Assembly: GCA_963703225.1 (NCBI GenBank)
Contig: OY969801.1
Coordinates: 1,131,096 to 1,195,095 of the forward strand
DNA: 64,000 bases
DNA from: Candidatus Eiseniibacteriota bacterium
GTDB lineage: Bacteria; Eisenbacteria; RBG-16-71-46; SZUA-252
Direction: 5' to 3'
A model generated the notes under the pieces. It did not search any database. It worked only from the letters and a program-made list of their open reading frames with translations, and was not told the origin of the DNA. Positions 39,551 through 48,511 of the stretch are shown piece after piece (position 1 is the stretch's first letter; each line of letters starts with the position of its first letter). A program made the position numbers and the translations under genes.

Positions 39551-40948
39551 ATGACGCGCCGAGCGCCACTCTCCGGGGACGAGCTGCCCGAGATCGGGAC
39601 GCCTCCACCGGGGCCCAAGTCGCGCGCGGCGGCCAAGCGATTGAGACGCGCGGAGGGGGCAGCGATCTGGGGGCGCGACGAAGCGCCGATCGTCTGGTCG
39701 CGCGCCCGAGGCGCGGTCGTCGAGGATTTGGACGGCAATCGATACCTCGACTTCACGTCGGGCTTGGGGGTGGCTTCCCTGGGGCACGCCGCGCCCGAGG
39801 TGAAGCGGGCGGTTGCCTCGCAGGCGGGCCGCCTGCTTCAAGGCCAGGGGGATCTCAGCGCGCATGTCGGGCGGGAGCGGCTGGCGCGGCGCCTGGCCGC
39901 GCTCGGCGGCAGCCTGCGACGCGTCCTCTTCGCGAGCACGGGATCGGAGGCGGTCGAGTTGGCGCTCAAGACCGCGGCGATCGCGACGGGGCGGTCGCGG
40001 GTGATCGCGTTCACCGGCGCCTACCACGGCGAGTCGTACGGCGCGCTCGAGGCGACGCATCACCCGAAGCCGATCGATCCGCTCCGCGCGCAGCTCGCGG
40101 GACGGGCGATCTTCGTACCGTATCCGTACCCGTACCGGTGCCCGGCCACGGCAGGGTGCGGGGGAGCGTGCGACCTACGCTGCATGGACGAAGCGGTCGC
40201 GATGATCGACGAGGCCCTGCGAGGTCCCGACCCGCCCGGCGCGATGATCGTCGAGCCGATCCAGGGACGCGCGGGTGGGATCGTCCCGCCGCCCGAGTTC
40301 CTGCCCCGCCTCTGCCGGCTCGCGCGCGAGCGCGGGCTCCTCGTCATCTACGACGAGATTCTTACGGGCGCGGGGAGGACCGGGCCCTTCTGGGCATGGG
40401 AGCGGAGCGGGCCCGAAGCAGAGCCCGACCTCCTCTGCGCCGGGAAGGGGCTCGGCGGCGGCGTGGCGATCGCGGCCCTGCTCGGGAAGCCCAAGCTGAT
40501 GGAGGCGTGGCGCCAGCATCTCCCGCCTTCGGGCGAGGCGCCCCACGCGAGCACCTACTACGCCCATCCGATCGCGTGCGCGGGGGCGCTCGCGACGATC
40601 AAGCGGCTCACGGCGCCCGGTTTTCGGGAGCAGGTGGAGCGGCTGGGCGCTCGGCTGGCGGAGGGTTTGTCGGGCATCGCGGCGCGCCACAAGGCCGTCG
40701 GTGAGGTCCGCTCGGTCGGGCTCCTCGGGGCGATCGAGCTGGTCCGGGATCGGGCCACGCGCGAGCCGGCGCCGGAGGTGTTGGGGCGCCTCGTGGCCGC
40801 GCTATTGGAGCGGGGCATCCTCACCCTCCCCGGCGGGATCCACGAGAACGTGCTCCTCCTCCTCCCACCGCTCAACATCACGGACGATCAGACGATGCAT
40901 GCCCTGAATGCGATCGAATCGGCGTTGTCGGGGATCGCTGGGAAGTGA
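39551..40948 (+). CDS. Class III pyridoxal-phosphate aminotransferase (omega-aminotransferase family)
   Basis: LASTGSEAVELALK, YDEILTGAGRTG, and the CAGKGLGGG (PLP-lysine) region. 465 aa. Confidence 0.88.
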   Translation: MTRRAPLSGDELPEIGTPPPGPKSRAAAKRLRRAEGAAIWGRDEAPIVWSRARGAVVEDLDGNRYLDFTSGLGVASLGHAAPEVKRAVASQAGRLLQGQGDLSAHVGRERLARRLAALGGSLRRVLFASTGSEAVELALKTAAIATGRSRVIAFTGAYHGESYGALEATHHPKPIDPLRAQLAGRAIFVPYPYPYRCPATAGCGGACDLRCMDEAVAMIDEALRGPDPPGAMIVEPIQGRAGGIVPPPEFLPRLCRLARERGLLVIYDEILTGAGRTGPFWAWERSGPEAEPDLLCAGKGLGGGVAIAALLGKPKLMEAWRQHLPPSGEAPHASTYYAHPIACAGALATIKRLTAPGFREQVERLGARLAEGLSGIAARHKAVGEVRSVGLLGAIELVRDRATREPAPEVLGRLVAALLERGILTLPGGIHENVLLLLPPLNITDDQTMHALNAIESALSGIAGK

Positions 40949-41002
40949 GTTGGCTGCTCCGTCTGATCTTTGGGGGGAGCGGGCCGAGCCAGGAGGCAAG
41001 AC

Positions 41003-43677
41003 ATGCGAACCGTTCTCCGGATTCTCGCGATTGGGTTCATGCAGCTTTACATCGGGGCGGGTCAGGCTGGCGCACAGTACATGTACCTGGACTCCAACGG
41101 CGACGGCGCCCACTCAATCGAAGATCGCCTGAATCCCAATGGCACGCCCACGACGGTTGACGTCTTCCTATCCACAAATCACAACCGCGACGGTTCGCCT
41201 GCCCTCTGCGATACGGGAGACGGACCGTTGAGCATCGTCTCGTACGCCACGGTTCTGCACGCGGTGAACGGCACGGTGGCCTACGCGTCGCCAACGAACC
41301 GCATCCCCAATTTCGGCAACCAACTCCTCAACGTCAATCCAGACGGTATCAACCTCCTGTACGCAAGGGCGGGGCGCAGATCGACATCCAGCCCCCGGGT
41401 ACGTACCGACTCTTCACGGTGACGATTACCGCGACCACCGGGAGCCCCGTGATCGAAATCCAGGATTTCTTCGCGGCAACTTCACGTCCTTCGGCACCAA
41501 CTGCTCGGGCAACGACTTCGACAACACCTATAAGCTGACGGGAGGCGAGCGGCGGGTCGGACTGGACCGATGTCGATGGTCTCGGCGTCCGCGACGGGAG
41601 CAATTCGGTGCCGACGGCTCAGCGTGCCGGGATTCATGTCTTCCCAGGAAGGGCATGAAATCACGATTACCGCCACTTCGACCGATCCCGACGCCGGAGA
41701 CGTTCTCACGGTCACTGTGACCGGAGCTCCCGTCCTTTCTCACATTTCACCACACACCAGGCGTTTCGCCGGTCACCGCGGTCTTGAGCGGAGTGGCCGG
41801 TTTTGCCGACGCCGGGAACTACACGATTCGATGGACATTGAGCGATGGCGGGGGATATGAGTTCAACTGCCACGACCTTCCTCGCCGTGGGCACGACGGA
41901 CCGGGCACCCAGGCTCGTGCCGCTCAACGATGTTTCATTGAGCGAAGGCTCGACCATCGCCGTTCCCGTCAGCGCTTCTGATCCCGATGGGAATGGAATC
42001 TCGGTCTATGCGGCGCTCCCATCCTTTGCCACCCTGGCCCAGCCGACCGCCGGCACGGCATCAGTCTCGACATCGATCTCCGTTTCACCCGACTACGCAT
42101 CGGCCGGTGACTACACGGTTCAAGTCATCGCCTCCGCCGGGTGCACGTCGGACGTCGGGTCCTTTCATATCCACGTCACCAACGTGGACCGACCACCGAC
42201 GATCCAGCCGGTGGAGGATGTGACCGTGGCGGCGGATAGCATCCTCACGATTCCAATAGGCGCGAGCGACCCCGATGGCGACGTCGTCTCGCTCTCGGCG
42301 AGCCTGCCGTCCTTCGCGTCTCTCGGCGGCACGACGAGCGGGGCCGGAAGCCTGCAGGCCACCGTCGCCATCGCGCCGAGCGAAGCCGACGAAGGCAGCC
42401 ACCCCGCCACGTTGACGGCGACGGCCGGCGCGCTGTCATCGAACGAGGCGTTTTCGATCACGGTGACAGTCCCCAACAGAGCGCCGGTGATCGGGGCACC
42501 CGCGTCGCTGACGGCCCAGGAGGGACAAGCGGTGGAAGTGGCCGTGACGGCCACTGACCCCGATGGGGAGACGGGGGCCACGCTCACGGCCGAGGGGCTA
42601 CCGGTAGGTGCAACCTTCACGTCAGAGGGCGCTGATGCGGCAAGGTTGTCCTGGACTCCGGACTATTCTCAAAGTGGGAGTTACAGCGTCCTCTTTCACG
42701 GGGAGGATCGACACGGCGCTCAGGACAGCGCTACAACTCGCATCGAGATCGCCGGCGTGAACCGATCCCCGACGGCGTCTCCCGGTGGTCCGTACACCGG
42801 CACCACGGGCGCACTGGTTCACTTCGACGGATCGGGTTCGGTCGATCCCGACGGGGACAAGTTGACCGGGCAATGGGACTTCGGGGACGGCATGACCGCC
42901 GTGGGAATCACCGCCGGGCATATGTACCAGTCTCCAGGCGCTTACGCGATTGTGTTTGAGGCGGATGACGGGGCGGCCACGGTATCCGCAGGCACCTCAG
43001 CCACAATCGAGGCGACCCTTTCAGCTACCTCTTCCCTCGCCGCGGCCAGCTCCACAATTCATCTAGGGTCGTCGGCAACCAAGGTCTGCGCTCAGATCGA
43101 GCCCGAGGGAGGCGCGTTCCTGGCCTCCGAGATCGACCCTGCCTCAATCGTGCTGCGATCTTCGGGAACGGGATCTGTGGACCACGCAGCGTCGCTGGCG
43201 GGCAAAACCGTGGTCGAGGCCGATCGCGATGGGGATGGGATCGGCGAAATCGTGGTCTGCTTCAGCATGGACGATGTCAGAAGGCTGTTTGACGGGTTAC
43301 CCGGCGGGACGACGACTGTGTCCCCCACCATCGAGGGGTCGGTCCCCGGTAGGGGGGTCTTGTCCGCACCAATTGCGATGAATGTCGACGCCGGTGAACC
43401 TGACGGCGCACCCAGCCTCGCCCCGAATCCCATGAATCCCCAGGGGCTTCTGAGCTTCTCGACCCAGACCGCGGGAAAGGTCCGGGTTCAGATTTTCGAC
43501 GCCCGGGGCAGGCTGGTCCGAACGCTGCTGGATAGCGCGGCAAGGCCGGCCGGCCATCAGTACTTGCGATTCGACGGTCGGGACGACCGGGGCGGAGCCC
43601 TAGGCTCCGGCGTCTATCTGTACCGGATCGAGACGCCGAATGGTGTATCGACCGGCCGCGTCACGATCATGAAGTAG
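41003..43677 (+). CDS. Large secreted repetitive protein: signal peptide, three cadherin-like/Ig-like repeats, a PKD domain and a T9SS-type C-terminal sorting domain; N-terminal region (about 41380-41850) disrupted by multiple frameshifts
   Basis: ATG at 41003 with an AGGAGG RBS and a signal peptide (MRTVLRILAIGFMQLYIGAGQAGAQ). From 41845 the sequence is intact. There are three repeats of about 95 aa (ASDPDG..., LPSFA...PDY...G.Y.V...D..G) and a PKD hallmark (DGSGSVDPDGDKLTGQWDFGDGMTAVGITAGHMYQSPGAY). The C-terminal stretch NPMNPQGLLSFSTQTAGKVRVQIFDARGRLVRTLLD...GHQYLRFDGRDDRGGALGSGVYLYRIETPNGVSTGRVTIMK matches the Por/T9SS CTD pattern. Between 41380 and 41850 coherent peptide is found only by switching frame at least five times. 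Confidence 0.6.
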
Positions 43678-43686
43678 GCCGCGATC

Positions 43687-45333
43687 CTAAATGTCGTGCG
43701 GCATGTATCCGACGGGGGATTGGAAGTAGTAGTTCCAGGGGTAGTGGAGGAAGTTGGAGACGCGGCTCGTGTAGAGGCAGGCGAAGTCCTTGAGCTGGTG
43801 CCCGAATCGGCTCGACTCGTTTCCCTCGCGGAAAATAGACCCCCAGCGCGAGTTATAGGCGCGGTCGATCTTCACCCTCAGGCTCTCGATCTCTCCCTCC
43901 AGCTCCGTGCCCCGCTTGTCCAGGTCCGAGATCTGGTCCGGGATCTCCTGGATGCGCGAGGAGATCTCGGAGCGGCGCACCGGATCGGAGCCGTCGTTCT
44001 CGCTCAGGACCTGCGTCAGGCGCCGGAGCTCGCGGCCGATGGCGGCCTTGTCGATCTCCAGCTGGTGGCGCTCGGAGGAGAGCTTGGAGAGCCGCTCGAA
44101 ATCCTTCGCGTAGTCGGCGTTCACCGCGATCTCCCGGTCCAGCTCGGGGACGATCATGGCGGTGCGCCAGCCGGCGACGCGCTTGGACTGCAAGATGTCG
44201 CCGTAGGTGTGGTCTCCGAAGTAGAGGACGTGCTCGCCGCTCGCGCCGAGGGCGCGCTCCAGATAGGCCCGCCCGCCGCCTCGGCCGACCGCCGCGGAGA
44301 GCTTTTCCCCCTGGAGCTCGGGGATCGGCGCCGGCGCGTCCACGGAGGAGAAGAATTCGGGCTTTCGCGCTTCCACGATGACGATGTTGAAGAGATCGGT
44401 CCAGTGCCCCGGCGCTCCTCTCCCGCGCTGGAGGATGTGCCGCAGCAGCGTGTCCGTGTAGGCCCACTCGCTGTTCGTGAGGAGGAAGAGCTTCTTGCCG
44501 CTCCGGCGGAACTCCTCCAGCGTGATCCTCGCCTCGGGGTCGAACCGGATGTATCGGTCGAGGTCGCTCGTGATCACCGACTTGAGGCTGCCGTCCCGGT
44601 GAGCCTCGTCGATCATCTCCCGCACGTCCCGGTAGACCTTCTCGTAGTCGGGCGCGGTGCCGGTGTGGCGGCGCTCGAGGAGATCGATGACGCACAGATA
44701 GAGATAGACCTCCGGGAGGTGAAAGAGCGTATCAACCGAGACATAGTTCTCATGTCCCAGCCGGATCCGGTCGGAGCGATAGGCACGCCGCCTCTCGTCG
44801 GACCGGAGCGCGGTGAGCCCGTGGTAGGCACGCGACACGAAATTGAAATAGTCCATCTTGAGCAGGTTGCCCCGCTTCTTGTCGACCACGAGGCCGCGGA
44901 TGACCCACGGCGGGTCGTACCGGTACTCCAAGATCTCCCGCGGGTATCCCTTCACTTCGACCAGCTTCTTCTTGGTGAGGTCAAACGCCAGCTCTTCGAC
45001 CGCGATGGGGTCGTAGTGCGCCAAGGTGTGGTCGAGGTCGAAGCCGATGGCGCGGATCTTGGTCATCCGGAGGTTTCGGTTGACGAAGACGCGGTGGCGC
45101 CTCGGAATCCGGTGCTCCCGGTAGCGGAGCGCGCGGGCCGAGGGCTCGCGGGGAGCGGCGGGAGGTTGGTGCGGCGCCGGATGCGGTGGGGTCGCCGGTG
45201 CAGCCGGCTCGCGCGCCGCTTCCGCCTGTTTGGCCGCGGCGGCGACGCGACCGGGCGCCGCGGGCTTGGCCGCGGCCTTCGGCTTGGTTTCGGCCATGGC
45301 GGCATTGTAGGCGGTCGGCGCCTCGGGCGCCAC
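43687..45333 (-). CDS. Cytosolic 5'-nucleotidase II-like HAD-superfamily hydrolase (HAD-IG) with Ala/Pro/Lys-rich N-terminal extension
   Basis: VFVNRNLRMTKIRAIGFDLDHTLAHY carries the HAD motif I DxDxT in the cN-II-type context. About 500 aa of coherent sequence. The start could alternatively be the second Met (45297). Confidence 0.8.
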   Translation of the reverse strand: MAPEAPTAYNAAMAETKPKAAAKPAAPGRVAAAAKQAEAAREPAAPATPPHPAPHQPPAAPREPSARALRYREHRIPRRHRVFVNRNLRMTKIRAIGFDLDHTLAHYDPIAVEELAFDLTKKKLVEVKGYPREILEYRYDPPWVIRGLVVDKKRGNLLKMDYFNFVSRAYHGLTALRSDERRRAYRSDRIRLGHENYVSVDTLFHLPEVYLYLCVIDLLERRHTGTAPDYEKVYRDVREMIDEAHRDGSLKSVITSDLDRYIRFDPEARITLEEFRRSGKKLFLLTNSEWAYTDTLLRHILQRGRGAPGHWTDLFNIVIVEARKPEFFSSVDAPAPIPELQGEKLSAAVGRGGGRAYLERALGASGEHVLYFGDHTYGDILQSKRVAGWRTAMIVPELDREIAVNADYAKDFERLSKLSSERHQLEIDKAAIGRELRRLTQVLSENDGSDPVRRSEISSRIQEIPDQISDLDKRGTELEGEIESLRVKIDRAYNSRWGSIFREGNESSRFGHQLKDFACLYTSRVSNFLHYPWNYYFQSPVGYMPHDI

Positions 45334-45371
45334 GACTTGACGCGCCCCCGCCTCGTCCCTACCTTACACGG

Positions 45372-46660
45372 GTGAATCTCTGTCTCTACGAAGATCCGGA
45401 GGTGGCGACCTTCGGGCCGCATGTGTTCTTGCGCCCCGTCTTTGCTCTGCGTTGCGGCGTCTTCTCGCTGGTGGAGAAGCTCGTCCGGGCGTTTCCCGAA
45501 GCCCCGTTGGTTCTCCTCGTCCGCCCGGAGCTGGAGGAGTTGGCACGGGCGCTCTACCCGACCGCCACGGTGGGGGAGCCGCCCGCGGAGGAGACGATCT
45601 TCGTCAACGGCCGCCTCTGCATGACCGACGACGAGGTGCTCCACTTTCTGGCCGCATCGCCGACGGAGGCATCCTACATGGCCGGCGGCGTTCTCTTCGC
45701 GGCCAAGGTGCGCGCGGAGCGGGTCATCCACGCGGCCCGTCACCTCCGCGCGGGAAATCCCGAGAAGGCGTTCGAGGATCTCCGCTTTCCGGCCGAGGTG
45801 AACGCGTTTCTCGCCCGATCGGCGGCCGACCTCATCCGATGGAGCCCGAGGCAGATCGTCCAGGATTTCCGCTACGCGTTTCAGCCGGGCACCGTGCGGG
45901 GGACGATCGAGCCGGGCGTGCATGTCGTCCAGCCCCAGGCCATCCATGTCGCGCGCGGCGCCCGCGTCGCGGCGGGCGCGGTCCTGAACGCGGAGTCGGG
46001 CCCGATCCTGATCGAGGAGAACGCGACCGTCGAATCGCTCGCGTACATCGAGGGCCCCGCGGTGATCGGCGAACGGACCCTCATCCGGGCGGGAGCCCGA
46101 ATCCGCGGGGGGTGCTCGATCGGCCCGGTCTGCAAGGTGGGAGGCGAGGTCGAGGCGTCCGTTTTTCAGGGATACTCCAACAAGCAGCACGACGGCTTTC
46201 TGGGGCACTCGTTTGTGGGGGAATGGGTGAACCTCGGCGCCAACACCAACAACAGCGACCTGAAGAACAACTACGGCGACGTCCGTTTCTTCCGCTCGTC
46301 CGAGGCGTTCCGGGACGGCGCCGGGGAGTCCTCGGGCCAGACGCTCCTCGGTCTCACGGTCGGCGACTTGACGAAGACAGGAATCAGCACCTCCTTCACG
46401 ACCGGATCGGTGATCGGGATCGGATGCAATCTCTACGGCACGGCGCTGATGCCCGCCTACGTTCCCTCGTTTGTGTGGGGCTCGCCCGGGTCGTTCGCGG
46501 AGCACCGGATCGACGCGGTCATCGAGACGGCGGCGGTGGCGATGGAGCGGCGAAAGGTGGAGCTCAGGGTGGAGCTCGATTCGCGGATCCGCCAGGCGTT
46601 CGACGACACGCGGACCGATCGCGGCGTCTACCTCGGCCTCGGGCAAGACTCCCGCGCGCG
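45372..46660 (+). CDS. GlmU-like putative sugar nucleotidyltransferase with left-handed beta-helix (hexapeptide-repeat) domain; stop codon not found (reads in-frame into the rhomboid gene)
   Basis: GTG start at 45372. The N-terminus VNLCLYEDPEVATFGPHVFLRPVFALRCGVFSL matches the degenerate NTP-transferase head of this family, followed by hexapeptide-like turns (GVHVV.., GARVAAGAVLNAESGPILIEENATVESLAYIEGPAVIGERTLI..). The 3' end is uncertain. Confidence 0.6.
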
Positions 46661-46672
46661 GCGGAGGACGCC

Positions 46673-47413
46673 CGTGAACGGCCGCGCAGGAGATCCGAGG
46701 CCGATCGTCTTCGGCGGACCTCTGTCGCCCGGCGTACGGACCATCCTGTTCGCGACGGCGGGCGTGTTCGTCTTCCAGCTTCTCTCCGGGATGCTCGCCC
46801 AGATGCGCCTCGAGCGGCTCTTCGGGCTCGTGCCCTACGACGTCACGCATCACCTCTTCCTCTGGCAGGGCGTGACCTATCTGTTCCTCCACGGCGGGTT
46901 CCTCCACATCCTGTTCAACATGCTCGCGCTCTGGATGTTTGGGACGGAGCTGGAGTGGCTCTGGGGAACGCCGCGCTTCGTCCGCTTTTACTTCGTGACC
47001 GGCATCGGCGCCGCGCTCTGCTCGACGATCGTCTCGCCGAATAGCACGATCCCGATCATCGGCGCGTCCGGGGCGATCTACGGGCTCCTTGCCGCCTACG
47101 GGCTACTCTTCCCGGATCGGATCCTGCTCCTCTACTTCGTGATCCCGATCAAGGCGAAGTACTTCGTCCTGATGTTGGGGGCCGATCGCGTTCTGGTTCA
47201 GCCTCACGTCGGGCGGCGGCGGGGTCGCGCACGTGGCTCACCTGGGAGGAATGCTCTTCGGGTGGCTCTACCTCAGGGGATTCCCATCGTGGAGCGGGTT
47301 TCGGATTCCTCTGCGCGGAGTGGCGCGACCGGTGGAGGCGCGAGCGACTGCGTCGAAAGTTCAAGGTCTACTACAAGAAGACGAGGGGCGACGAGGAGCC
47401 GCCCGAGGAATAG
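46673..47413 (+). pseudogene. Rhomboid-family intramembrane serine protease, interrupted by at least 2 frameshifts (about 47195 and about 47300)
   Basis: GTG at 46673 after GGAGGA. TM helices carry rhomboid motifs (HGGFLHILFNMLALWMFG and the catalytic IGASGAIYGLLAAYG). The downstream His helix (GGGVAHVAHLGGMLFGWLYLRG) and the basic C-tail (RRERLRRKFKVYYKKTRGDEEPPEE*) appear only in other frames. Confidence 0.6.
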
Positions 47414-47458
47414 GGAAGCGCTGGGAACGGATGCGTGCTCCCCGCGCGTGGAACGCGG

Positions 47459-48511
47459 CTACGACGTTCCGGTCATCAGGCCCGCCATGATCCCGTCGAG
47501 CACCGACTTCGGCGGACGGACCCGCTCCAGAGGCAGCGACGCGAGCGGCTCGTCGACGAGGTTCATCTCCGTGTCCAGCGGGAGCTTTCCCGGGTTCAGG
47601 TAGAGGAGCCCGGTCACGAAGCGGTTCTGATCGCGGCCTTGGTGGACGATCTGGAGCGCCCGGAGCGGGTCGCCCGGATCGTAGTCCTCTTCCAGCTTCC
47701 GCAGCACGATGCGCGATCCGTCGTGGAGCGTGACCTCGCGCGTCTCGCCAGGCGCGTATTCGACCTCGATGTTCTCGAAGTGCGGGATGAAGTCATCTCG
47801 TGGAGCGGCGCGTCGTGCTCCTTCACGTTCAGGTAGCTCCTGGTCGAGCCCTCGTGGTTGTTGAAGGTGACGCACGGGCTGATCACGTCGATGCACGGCG
47901 GTGCCGCGGTGCGAGAAGGCGGCCTTGAGCAGCGGCCGGAGCTGCTTCTGGTCGCCCGAGAACGAGCGCGCCGACGAATCCGCAGCCGAGCTCGATCGCG
48001 ACCGCGCAGAGATCGATCGGCATCAGCTCGTTGACCTGCCCGGTCTTGGCGCGTGCTGCCGACGTCGGCGGTCGCGGAGAACTGGCCCTTGGTCAGTCCG
48101 TAGACGCCGTTGTTCTCGATGATGTAGACGACCGGCACGTTGCGCCGGATCATGTGGCAGAACTGGCCGAGCCCGATCGACGCGCTGTCGCCGTCGCCCG
48201 AGACGCCGAGGAGGATCAGCTCGCGGTTCGCGAGGTGCACGCCCGTCGCGACCGACGGCATCCGGCCGTGCACCGCGTTGAACGCGTGCGAGCGGCCGAG
48301 GAAGTAGGCCGGCGTCTTGCTGGAGCAGCCGATGCCCGAGAGCTTCGCCACCTTGTGCTGCTCGAGGCCCAGCTCGTACGCGGCCTGGATGATGCTGCCG
48401 GTGATGGCGTCGTGCCCGCAGTCCGGGACAGAGCGTGGACTTGGAGCCCTTGTAGTCGGCGACGGTCAGCCCGATTCTGTTTGCCGCCGCGCCCGGCGTC
48501 GTGCTCATCGG
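47459..48511 (-). pseudogene. korB: 2-oxoacid:ferredoxin oxidoreductase beta subunit (KorB-like, TPP-binding), fragmented by several frameshifts
   Basis: Three minus-strand track ORFs in different frames each carry one consecutive KorB segment: MSTTPGAAANRIGLTVADYKGSKSTLCPG...; ...KLSGIGCSSKTPAYFLGRSHAFNAVHGRMPSVATG...GDGDSASIGLGQFCHMIRRNVPVVYIIENNGVYGLTKGQ...; ...FIPHFENIEVEYAPGETREVTLHDG...LYLNPGK.... Each runs into nonsense at its end. Confidence 0.7.

Noticed and set aside
43696-47044. Plus ORF 43696..45375; minus ORF 45063..46907; plus ORF 45452..47044
   Set aside because: Antisense to or out of frame with the 5'-nucleotidase, hexapeptide-transferase and rhomboid genes. Arg/Gly-rich translations.
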